Part shown: positions 1 to 7,627 of the stretch, piece by piece | Layout: every line of letters begins with the position of its first letter | Position numbering within the stretch: the first letter of the stretch is position 1 | NCBI GenBank assembly: GCA_965662175.1 | Contig: CBFIGT010000028.1 | Location: forward strand, 1 to 11,675 | Length of the DNA: 11,675 nucleotides | Direction of reading: 5' to 3' | From: Arcobacter sp. | GTDB taxonomy: Bacteria; Campylobacterota; Campylobacteria; Campylobacterales; Arcobacteraceae | Notes under the pieces: generated by a model | What the model saw: only the letters and a program-made list of their open reading frames with translations | What the model was told of the DNA's origin: nothing | Databases searched by the model: none | Position numbers and translations under genes: made by a program

Positions 1-225
1 ATTAATCTCCTCTTTTTTAACTAAAATCTGCTCTTTTTTAAGTTCACTCTCAATTTTTGCTAACTCTAGCTCTTTTTTAGAGTTTAATTCATTTTTTTGT
101 AATTCAAGTTTTGTATCTAACTCTTTGTTTTTTAAACTAATTTCCTCTTTGCTAGGACCAAATAATGAGTTGAGTTCACAGCCTGAAAAGAGAAATAACA
201 TTAATAATATAAAAAAATATTTCAT
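1..225 (-). CDS. Putative lipoprotein with Lys/Glu-rich coiled coil (5' part only; runs off the left edge)
   Basis: Manual translation from ATG at 225: MKYFFILLMLFLFSGC-ELNSLFGPSKEEISLKNKELDTKLELQKNELNSKKELELAKIESELKKEQILVKKEEIN. Open for 75 codons to the edge. Basic N-terminus, hydrophobic core and lipobox FSG|C (Cys16). Not in the supplied ORF track. Confidence 0.85.
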   Translation of the reverse strand, partial: MKYFFILLMLFLFSGCELNSLFGPSKEEISLKNKELDTKLELQKNELNSKKELELAKIESELKKEQILVKKEEIN

Positions 226-254
226 AGGTTTTTTCCATTAAAAAAATATTACAT

Positions 255-263
255 ATTATATCA
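255..263 (-). promoter_or_regulatory. Extended -10 promoter (TGATATAAT) for the lipoprotein gene
   Basis: Reverse complement of attatatca is TGnTATAAT, about 30 nt upstream of ATG 225. Confidence 0.6.
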
Positions 264-289
264 TCTACAACTTAGATTATAAAACTTTT

Positions 290-298
290 TGATATAAT
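290..298 (+). promoter_or_regulatory. Extended -10 promoter (TGATATAAT) for the Cache histidine kinase
   Basis: Perfect TGnTATAAT, followed by SD-like AAGGGA at 317-322 and TTG start at 327. Confidence 0.65.
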
Positions 299-326
299 AA
301 TTAAATTTAGAGAATTAAGGGATTAT

Positions 327-2624
327 TTGAAACGAAATTTATCAATTTATATTATATTTGTACCTATTATATTTGTTTTAATTTCTATTACTACGCTTAC
401 TGTTTATAACATCAATGAAATAAATAAAAATGGTCAAAAACAGATTGATGAATATAAAAATGAGTATTTAATCAATGAAAAAACTAAAATTTATAATAGA
501 ATCCACTATTTTGCAAATATAATCAAACACAAAACCAATGAGTATAATAGTATTAAAAATGAAGAGATCAAATTAAAAGCTGATGAGCTTGTATCATTTG
601 GTAAAAATTTATTTAATAAGAATAATAATTATTCAAAAGAGGATATAAAAAAGATTTTTATCTCAAGAACAGAGAGTTTAAATAGTAAAAATAATAATAA
701 TTACTACTCTTTAATTGATATAAAAACAAATAAAGTAATTTTAAATAATCAAAAAAAACTACTGAATTTGGATGTATCTAAGTTTGTAGATTTAGATGGT
801 AGACAAATTATTTTAATGGAAAATGTTTATGATAAATTTTTAAAGTTAAAACTTACCAAATCTGATAATGATGAAAAAAGATATAATAAAATTATTTATA
901 TTAAAAAACTTGAAGAGTTAGATTTAGCTGTTATTTATGGTGAGTATATTGATGATATTAATTTAGAGATTCAAAATAAGATATTATCTGATGTTTTATA
1001 TTATGATTTTGAAAATAATCCATATATTTTTATAATAAAGATTTTTGACTTTAATAGAGATAGCAATTATGGAGAGGTTATTTTACACCATGCAAAACCT
1101 GAACTTGTTGGTAAAAAGTTAAGTTTAAATAATAGTGATAGAAGAGTAGATGATTACAGAAGAGATTATATTCAAAAACTTAAAAATTATGGTGAGGGTT
1201 TTGTAACATACTATTACTCAAGACCTGATAGTAATAAGATTTCCCAAAAAATGTCATATTTTTATTTGCAAAAAGATTGGAACTGGGCTTTGGGAGCTGG
1301 TTTTTATTTTGATGATTTAGATGAGAGTATTAAAGATTTTAGGATTAAAATAAAACTACAAACTAAAGATAATGTTAATGCAGCGATTATTTTATCAATA
1401 TTCCTAACTATATTAATCTCTATAATTCTGTTTTTTATCTCAAATAGAATAAACAAAATTATTGGTGATTATTCTCAAAATCTAAAAGACTCAAATGAGC
1501 AATTAAAAAAACAAAAAGATATTTTTGAAACTCTTTTTGAAAAATCATCTGATGGTATTTTGATTTATAATGAAAATGGAGATATTATAAATTGTAATGA
1601 CTCATTAGTTAGAATTTTTGGTTATGAAGATAAAGAGTTTTTATTAGGTAAAAACTATTTGGAATTTTCACCTAAACTACAATTTAAAGATGAGTTATCT
1701 AATAAAAAAGCAAAACTAATAAATAAAATATGCTTTGATAATAAACTATATAGTTTTGATTGGTTATTTCAAACAAAAGTTAGAAAATCAATCTATTGTG
1801 AAGTAACAGCAACAATTATTGATTTGGATGGTGATTTAGTAATTCACTCAGTTATTAGAGATGTTACAGAAAAAAAAGAGTTAGAAGAAAAAACAAAAAG
1901 ACAGCAAGTTATGTTAGCTGAAGAGTCAAAAAAATCAGCAATGGGTGAGATGATTACAATGATTGCTCACCAATGGAGACAGCCTTTAAATAATGTAAAT
2001 CTTTTAATTCATTTTGTAAGGGATAATTTTGATAGGGATAATATTACAAAAGATGATTTAAAATCTATTGCAAATGATATGAGAACACAAATTGAGTATA
2101 TGTCTAAAACAATTGATGATTTTACTAACTTTATAAACCCAAGAAGAGAGATTAGTATTTTTGATTTAAAAACAGCATTTGAAAAAACATTTAATATCAT
2201 AAAAGGTCAATTTACTAAAAATAATATTAAGATTATTGAAAATATTGAAAATATCGAAGTTAAAGGTATTGAGAATGAGTTTATGCAAGTATTGTTGAAT
2301 ATCTTAAATAATGCAAAAGATTCATTAGATAATATTCAAAAAGATAAACTAATTTTTGTAAATGGAAAAGTTGTAAACAATAAAGTAATATTTACAATAA
2401 AAGATAATGCAGGAGGAATTCCAAAAAAAGTATTATCAAGAATTTTTGAACCATATTTTACAACTAAACATAAGAAAAACGGTACAGGTATTGGTTTATA
2501 TATGTCTGAAGAGATTATTAAACAGTATAAAAATGGCTCAATTCTTGCTAGTAATGAACACTACTATTATGAGAACAAGTTTTATGAGGGAGCCATGTTT
2601 ACAATAACTTTTGATTTAGATTAA
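327..2624 (+). CDS. Membrane sensor histidine kinase: TM, tandem Cache-2-like periplasmic repeats, TM, PAS, HisKA, HATPase (765 aa)
   Basis: Hydrophobic segments at about aa 6-28 and 352-373. Cache-2-like motif GEGFVTYYY..P....K.SYF...KDWNWALGAGFYFDDL. PAS signature LFEKSSDGILI...NDS...IFGY. H-box MGEMITMIAHQWRQPL (His548), N-box QVLLNILNNAKDS, DNAGGI, FEPYFTTK, GTGIGLY. TTG start with SD. Confidence 0.93.
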   Translation: MKRNLSIYIIFVPIIFVLISITTLTVYNINEINKNGQKQIDEYKNEYLINEKTKIYNRIHYFANIIKHKTNEYNSIKNEEIKLKADELVSFGKNLFNKNNNYSKEDIKKIFISRTESLNSKNNNNYYSLIDIKTNKVILNNQKKLLNLDVSKFVDLDGRQIILMENVYDKFLKLKLTKSDNDEKRYNKIIYIKKLEELDLAVIYGEYIDDINLEIQNKILSDVLYYDFENNPYIFIIKIFDFNRDSNYGEVILHHAKPELVGKKLSLNNSDRRVDDYRRDYIQKLKNYGEGFVTYYYSRPDSNKISQKMSYFYLQKDWNWALGAGFYFDDLDESIKDFRIKIKLQTKDNVNAAIILSIFLTILISIILFFISNRINKIIGDYSQNLKDSNEQLKKQKDIFETLFEKSSDGILIYNENGDIINCNDSLVRIFGYEDKEFLLGKNYLEFSPKLQFKDELSNKKAKLINKICFDNKLYSFDWLFQTKVRKSIYCEVTATIIDLDGDLVIHSVIRDVTEKKELEEKTKRQQVMLAEESKKSAMGEMITMIAHQWRQPLNNVNLLIHFVRDNFDRDNITKDDLKSIANDMRTQIEYMSKTIDDFTNFINPRREISIFDLKTAFEKTFNIIKGQFTKNNIKIIENIENIEVKGIENEFMQVLLNILNNAKDSLDNIQKDKLIFVNGKVVNNKVIFTIKDNAGGIPKKVLSRIFEPYFTTKHKKNGTGIGLYMSEEIIKQYKNGSILASNEHYYYENKFYEGAMFTITFDLD

Positions 2625-4391
2625 TTGATTTTTTATAAAATCTTGATAGTGACCCTCTATCTCATCTAACTCTTCATGTGTTCCTTCTTGAACAATCTCT
2701 CCAGCCTCTAATACATAGACTCTAGTTGCATTTTTTACAGTGCTTAGTCTATGTGCTATTGTAATAACAGTTTTATCTTTTAAGATATTTTCTAAAGATG
2801 TAAATAGTTTTGTTTCTGTATGAACATCAAGTGCAGAGGTTGATTCATCAAAAATAATTACATTTGCTTTTGATACAATCATTCGAGCAATAGATAATCT
2901 TTGTCTTTGACCTCCACTTAATCTAATACCATGTCGTCCTACTATTGTATCAAGCTTATTCTCCATTTGATTTACATTTTCATATAGTTGAGCTATTTTT
3001 AAAGCCTGATAAATCTCTTCATCACTTATGTTTTCATTTCCCATTGTTATATTAAATCTAAGAGTATTATTAAATAGTATAGGCATTTGTAAAACTAAAA
3101 AGATATTTTTTCTTAAAGATTGTTTATCAATATCTTCAACATTTATACCATTATATACAATAGAGCCACTCTTTTTTTGATAAAAGCCCGATATTATTTG
3201 GGCTAGGGTTGTTTTACCACTTCCACTAGCACCTATTAAAGCTATTTTTTCACCAGCTATTACATTTAATGAGATATTTTTTAAAATCTCTTTTTCTTCA
3301 ATATATGAAAAAGATAAATCTTTAATCTCAATATTTAAGTTACTTATATTTTCATCTAGCTTTTTATTACCACTTGACTCTTGTTCTAAATCTAAGATAT
3401 TATTGATTCGTTTTAGTGCTGCTTTTGCATTTGCGTATGAGTATTGTATTGATAAAATATCTTGAACAGGTGTCATTATAAACCAAATATATCCAAACAT
3501 AGCAAACATCATACCAATAGATAAATCACTATATGCAACCATTACTAAACCAGATGCTCTTAAAACCTCAAAAGCAACTAAAAATATTGTAAAAGAGAAT
3601 CTCTCATATGCTATACTTTTATAGTTAAATTCATCTGATGTTTTTTTAACATTTAGGGCTTTATTAACTGATTCATTAAAAAAATATGACTCTTTATTAC
3701 TCGCTTTTATTTGGCCAAATAGTTCTAAAACCTCTCCTAAATTATCTTGAAATTTTTCAATTGCTTTATTCTCTTCTTTTTTTAAACCACCAACACTTCT
3801 TGCTATTTTTTTTGAAATAAGCATGATTATTGGTTGAATAAAAAGAATCATAAGTCCTAATATTGGATGAATTGAAATCATTACAATACAAACAGCAATT
3901 AAGGTTAGTATTGAAGCTATAAATTTACTAGCACCATTTATAATAAAAGAGTCTAAGGTATTTACATCTGTTACCAAATTTGATGTAATAGCTCCACTTC
4001 CAAGTGTTTCATACTCATTCATAGAAACTTTTTCCAAGTGATTTAAAAGTTTTTCTCTTATTTTAAAAGTTACATATTTTGATATTCTAGTAAATAGTTT
4101 AGTGGTAATTGCACCAAATAAAAAATAGATTACTCTTAAAATAATTACACATAATGTTACAACAGCAATATAATAAAAAGCATCACCTGAACCAAAAAAA
4201 TTATTAATTGTGTTTACAAAATGACTAGGTTTGTTTAATAAGACTTCATCTACAAGAGCAGGAAGCATCAAAGGAATTGGAACACTTATAAATATGGCAA
4301 TAAAAGTAAATATTTGTCCCCAAATAAGATCTTTTTTTTTGTCCAGAATTAAGTTGTATATTGTTTTGAGGGTTATTTTATTACTTTTCAT
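2616..4391 (-). CDS. ABC exporter, fused permease and ATP-binding domain (MsbA/MdlB-like half transporter, 591 aa)
   Basis: N-terminal multi-TM domain. Walker A GASGSGKTT, signature LSGGQRQR, Walker B IIFDE, D-loop SALD, H-loop IAHRL. Start placed at ATG 4391 (MKSNKITL) rather than TTG 4445. Substrate cannot be determined. Confidence 0.93.
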   Translation of the reverse strand: MKSNKITLKTIYNLILDKKKDLIWGQIFTFIAIFISVPIPLMLPALVDEVLLNKPSHFVNTINNFFGSGDAFYYIAVVTLCVIILRVIYFLFGAITTKLFTRISKYVTFKIREKLLNHLEKVSMNEYETLGSGAITSNLVTDVNTLDSFIINGASKFIASILTLIAVCIVMISIHPILGLMILFIQPIIMLISKKIARSVGGLKKEENKAIEKFQDNLGEVLELFGQIKASNKESYFFNESVNKALNVKKTSDEFNYKSIAYERFSFTIFLVAFEVLRASGLVMVAYSDLSIGMMFAMFGYIWFIMTPVQDILSIQYSYANAKAALKRINNILDLEQESSGNKKLDENISNLNIEIKDLSFSYIEEKEILKNISLNVIAGEKIALIGASGSGKTTLAQIISGFYQKKSGSIVYNGINVEDIDKQSLRKNIFLVLQMPILFNNTLRFNITMGNENISDEEIYQALKIAQLYENVNQMENKLDTIVGRHGIRLSGGQRQRLSIARMIVSKANVIIFDESTSALDVHTETKLFTSLENILKDKTVITIAHRLSTVKNATRVYVLEAGEIVQEGTHEELDEIEGHYQDFIKNQLI

Positions 4392-4397
4392 TGGGCA

Positions 4398-4403
4398 ATT
4401 ATA
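4398..4403 (-). promoter_or_regulatory. -10 box (TATAAT) 6 nt upstream of the ABC transporter ATG; probable leaderless transcript
   Basis: Minus strand reads AAGA-TATAAT-TGCCCA-ATG, with no Shine-Dalgarno. Confidence 0.55.
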
Positions 4404-4487
4404 TCTTTGTGATTGTAATAAAGGGATTAATTTTAATTTATACAAATTTTTTTAAAAAATATAATTTAAATCAAAAGCCTTTTAAGA

Positions 4488-4493
4488 TATTAT
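4488..4493 (+). promoter_or_regulatory. -10-like box (TATTAT) 5 nt upstream of ATG 4499; possible leaderless transcript
   Basis: Plus strand reads AAGA-TATTAT-TCCGT-ATG, with no AGG/GGAG Shine-Dalgarno. Confidence 0.45.
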
Positions 4494-4498
4494 TCCGT

Positions 4499-4945
4499 AT
4501 GGAAAAAATAGTAAGTACACGTGAATTAAAGAAAAATTTTTTAGAATTATGTAATGAGATATCAAATGAGGATTCAAAAGCTCTATTGGATTTTAAAGAT
4601 ATTGAAAAAATAGAAGATATTATAAAAAATTATTGTACTGAAGATTATCCATTAAGTAAAGTATTACTTATGTATCATAGATATGCCTCTATTGCTTTTT
4701 TATCAGCTGAGTTTATAAAAAATGCAAAAGTATTTATTGATGACTCTTTAAGTAACTATATTGTTTTAGCCTTAGTTAATAAACCTGACCCGGATGAAGT
4801 TTCTATTGTTTATTCAAATATTGATGCTTTATCAAAATTTCCTACAAGAGCAATCTCTATAAAAGATATTATTAGTTTTTTAGAGGCTAGAGATATTGAG
4901 GCTGTACTTAAGGAATTTTATAAAAATAGACCATCTCTATTTTAA
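4499..4945 (+). CDS. Hypothetical cytoplasmic protein (148 aa) with Phd/YefM-like N-terminus
   Basis: ATG 4499 (MEKIVSTRELKKNFLELCNEI) preferred over TTG 4391, which would span the divergent promoter region. The N-terminal pattern resembles the beta1-alpha1-alpha2 segment of Phd/YefM. The remainder is unassigned. Confidence 0.75.
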   Translation: MEKIVSTRELKKNFLELCNEISNEDSKALLDFKDIEKIEDIIKNYCTEDYPLSKVLLMYHRYASIAFLSAEFIKNAKVFIDDSLSNYIVLALVNKPDPDEVSIVYSNIDALSKFPTRAISIKDIISFLEARDIEAVLKEFYKNRPSLF

Positions 4946-5056
4946 TTTCTTTATAAAAATAATTTTACCTAAAAATTAAAAATACCATATATTCAAGCTT
5001 TATCTTAATAAAATAATCAATTTAAGTAATTAATAATTTTTATATAAAAAAGAGAG

Positions 5057-5062
5057 TATAAT
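5057..5062 (+). promoter_or_regulatory. -10 box (TATAAT) for the PAS kinase / response regulator operon
   Basis: TATAAT in AT-rich intergenic DNA, then SD-like AAGGG at 5090-5094 and TTG at 5101. Confidence 0.5.
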
Positions 5063-5100
5063 CTATACTTAAAAAATAAAATATATAACAAGGGTCTTTT

Positions 5101-6615
5101 TTGTGTAATAACTTATGTAATGAATTGGAACAATTAGTTGGAAAAGAGATAAAAGAGAAGTATTTAAGCAAAATAATAAATGATGCAAATATCGGATTTG
5201 TTTTATGTAAGGCGTCTGATGTAAACTCTATTATCTATGCTAATAGTTTTTATTATTCATTTACAGGTTATACAAAAGAGGAGATTGTTGGTAAAAATTT
5301 ATCCTCTTTATGTGTTGATGAAAATGATAAAATGAAATTAGTAGAGATTGAGAATTCATTAAAAAATCAAAAATTTATTACAAAAATTATAAAAAACAGA
5401 AAAAAAAGTGGAGATATATTTTATAATAAATTGACTATTTCACCTATTATTGATGATTTGACAAATGAGCTTAAATTCTATTTTGCCATTCATGTGGATA
5501 TTTCAAAACAGATTGAAGAGAAAAAATATTTTGAGAAAATAATAAATTCAACTAAATCTATTATTTGTGTAACAAATGGAGAAGAGTTAATAAAAGTTAA
5601 TAAAAGATTTTTTGATATTTTTGGATTTGAAAATATAGATGAGTTTAAGTTAAATCACAAATGTATAAGTGATTTATTTATTAAAAAAGATGCTAATTAT
5701 TTATTGCCAATAATAAAAAATAAAAAGTGGAATAACTTTTTAAATGAAAATCCAGATAAGTTTTTTAATACTTGTATGCTAGATAAAGATAATAATGAAA
5801 GATTTTTTCAAGTTGAGTCATCAGGAAAAATATTTTTAAATGAAGATAATGATGTAATCACATTTACAGAAATCACAGAAATAATTAATCAAAAAAAGTT
5901 ATTAGAGAGTCAAACAAAACATGCAGCAATGGGTGAAATGATATCTATGATAGCACATCAATGGAGACAGCCTCTTACTACTTTGAGTACTATTTATGCA
6001 AAAATTAATGTATTAAATAAAATGAATATGTTAAAAGGAAATGAGTTTGATAATGCTTATAAAAAAAGTACACAAATTGTTGAGTATCTATCTAGTACGA
6101 TAAATGACTTTAGAAACTTTTTTAGTAAAGATGAGATTATAACTAAACTCTCAATTGATGATGTTATTTTAAACTCATTTAAAATAATTGCTCCAAGTTT
6201 TGAATCAAAAGATATAGATTTTCAGTTTATTCAAACAGAGTTTACAAAAAATACAATAATTGCAATAAACTCCTCAAAATTTTCACAGGTTTTATTAAAT
6301 CTTTTAAAAAATTCACATGATGCTTTACTTGAAAATAATATAGAAAATAAAACTATAAAATTAACAGTTGAGATGGAAAATGAGTATTTATCAATTGTTT
6401 TAGAAGATAATGCAAAAGGAATACCTGAAAATATTATCTCAAAAATATTTGAACCATATTTTTCAACAAAAAGTAAAAATGGCACAGGATTGGGTTTATA
6501 TATGTCAAAAATAATAATTGAAGAGCATTTGAAAGGTGAACTAAGTGTTAAAAATAGTGAAAATGGTGCCTTATTTAAAATATTATTACCGAAAAAACTA
6601 ATAAAGGGGGAGTAA
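5101..6615 (+). CDS. Soluble PAS-PAS sensor histidine kinase (504 aa)
   Basis: No TM segment. PAS1 IIYAN...TGYTKEEIVGKN...NRKKSG..FYN.LTISPI...AIHVDIS. PAS2 VNKRFFDIFGF....F...HKCISDLF. H-box AHQWRQPL (His286), QVLLNLLKNSHDA, EDNAKGI, FEPYFSTK, GTGLGLY. Confidence 0.93.
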   Translation: MCNNLCNELEQLVGKEIKEKYLSKIINDANIGFVLCKASDVNSIIYANSFYYSFTGYTKEEIVGKNLSSLCVDENDKMKLVEIENSLKNQKFITKIIKNRKKSGDIFYNKLTISPIIDDLTNELKFYFAIHVDISKQIEEKKYFEKIINSTKSIICVTNGEELIKVNKRFFDIFGFENIDEFKLNHKCISDLFIKKDANYLLPIIKNKKWNNFLNENPDKFFNTCMLDKDNNERFFQVESSGKIFLNEDNDVITFTEITEIINQKKLLESQTKHAAMGEMISMIAHQWRQPLTTLSTIYAKINVLNKMNMLKGNEFDNAYKKSTQIVEYLSSTINDFRNFFSKDEIITKLSIDDVILNSFKIIAPSFESKDIDFQFIQTEFTKNTIIAINSSKFSQVLLNLLKNSHDALLENNIENKTIKLTVEMENEYLSIVLEDNAKGIPENIISKIFEPYFSTKSKNGTGLGLYMSKIIIEEHLKGELSVKNSENGALFKILLPKKLIKGE

Positions 6616-7613
6616 TGTCTAATACTTTTATGAATGATTTAAAAATATTTGCAAAACATTTAACTGTTTTAATTTGTGAAGATGATGTTGAAGTTGGACT
6701 TGAATTAAAAGGATTATTACAAATATTTTTCAAACAAGTATTTTTGGCTAAAGATGGAGAAGAAGCATTAGTTTTATATAAAAAAAATAGATGTGATATT
6801 GTAATTTCAGATATTAATATGCCAAAAATATCAGGTGTTGAGTTATCTAGGGAGATTAGAAGTTTAAATAAACAGCAAGTTATTATAATATTAAGTGGTC
6901 AATTAGAATCAAATTTTATTAATTTAATAGATATTGGTATTCAGTCTTTAGTATCAAAACCTCCCCAAATGGATGATTTTTTACAGAAAATTTTAGATCA
7001 TTGTGAAAATATAGTTTTAAAAAAAGAGTTAAATAGAATAAACTTTAGTATTCTTTTTTCAAAAAACCAAAATACAAGAAATGATAATATATCTTCAATT
7101 GCAAAAGAGATTGCAAAAGAGAAGTCTATTGAGGATTTAGTTAATCATTATGCAAGTAGATTTGATATTGAGCATAGTTATGATGAAGATATGTGGAAAG
7201 ATATTTTTCAAAATATTCAAGAGTTAAATGGCAATTATGAGGATGCAATTAATAATATTGTATCAATTGGTTTTAATGAAGAGATAAAACAAGAGCTTAT
7301 TAAGATATTTTCTAGATATAACAAAACTTTAGATTTAATTCCTGGAATAAGTAAGTTTTCAACTATCTTTTTAGAGGTCTCTTTAGTTTTAGAACAAATA
7401 AATACAAAAGAGTTAGATACCTGTCCAAAAGAGGTATTTGCTATGTTTGAATATTTTTATGAAGATATTATTAACTTTTTTAATGTTATTTTTGCTAACA
7501 AAGAGACTCAAAATATTACACACTTAACTAATTCATTTAAAAATAGTGTGGAGCAGTTGGAGATTAAACTTGGGATAAAAGAGCTAGAAGAGGATGAATT
7601 AGAACTCTTCTAA
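6615..7613 (+). CDS. Response regulator: receiver domain plus uncharacterised acidic helical C-terminal domain (332 aa)
   Basis: REC motifs EDD (22-24), phosphoacceptor ISD66INMP, S94, K115-P. Start overlaps the kinase stop (TAATG 6613-6617) with SD AAGGGGGAG. No recognisable HTH, GGDEF, EAL or HD-GYP output. Confidence 0.88.
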   Translation: MSNTFMNDLKIFAKHLTVLICEDDVEVGLELKGLLQIFFKQVFLAKDGEEALVLYKKNRCDIVISDINMPKISGVELSREIRSLNKQQVIIILSGQLESNFINLIDIGIQSLVSKPPQMDDFLQKILDHCENIVLKKELNRINFSILFSKNQNTRNDNISSIAKEIAKEKSIEDLVNHYASRFDIEHSYDEDMWKDIFQNIQELNGNYEDAINNIVSIGFNEEIKQELIKIFSRYNKTLDLIPGISKFSTIFLEVSLVLEQINTKELDTCPKEVFAMFEYFYEDIINFFNVIFANKETQNITHLTNSFKNSVEQLEIKLGIKELEEDELELF

Positions 7614-7627
7614 AAGTAAGTAAAAGC

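Noticed and set aside
2009..2200. 63-aa minus-strand ORF
   Set aside because: Antisense shadow inside the Cache kinase; no motif.
2407..2607. 66-aa plus-strand alternate-frame ORF
   Set aside because: Nested in the conserved HATPase coding region; no independent evidence.
4332..4340. T9 tract near the ABC gene 5' end as a phase-variation site
   Set aside because: A/T runs are frequent at this base composition and the frame is intact; Campylobacter contingency tracts are typically long poly-G/C.
4231..4455. 74-aa plus-strand ORF
   Set aside because: Antisense to the ABC transporter 5' end and spans its promoter; no motif.
4392..4498. Longer N-terminal extensions from TTG 4445 (-) and TTG 4391 (+)
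   Set aside because: They would overlap head-to-head across the promoter region; the downstream ATGs fit better.
4946..5100. Toxin gene, sRNA or terminator in the intergenic gap
   Set aside because: No credible ORF or GC-rich hairpin seen; consistent with AT-rich promoter DNA.
5290..5313. Canonical LOV photoreceptor call
   Set aside because: GXNCRFLQ is replaced by GKNLSSLC; the photoactive Cys and signalling Gln are absent.
6231..6485. 84-aa minus-strand ORF
   Set aside because: Antisense shadow of the soluble kinase ATPase domain.
6606..6610. G5 tract before the response regulator
   Set aside because: Too short for slippage; explained as the Shine-Dalgarno site.
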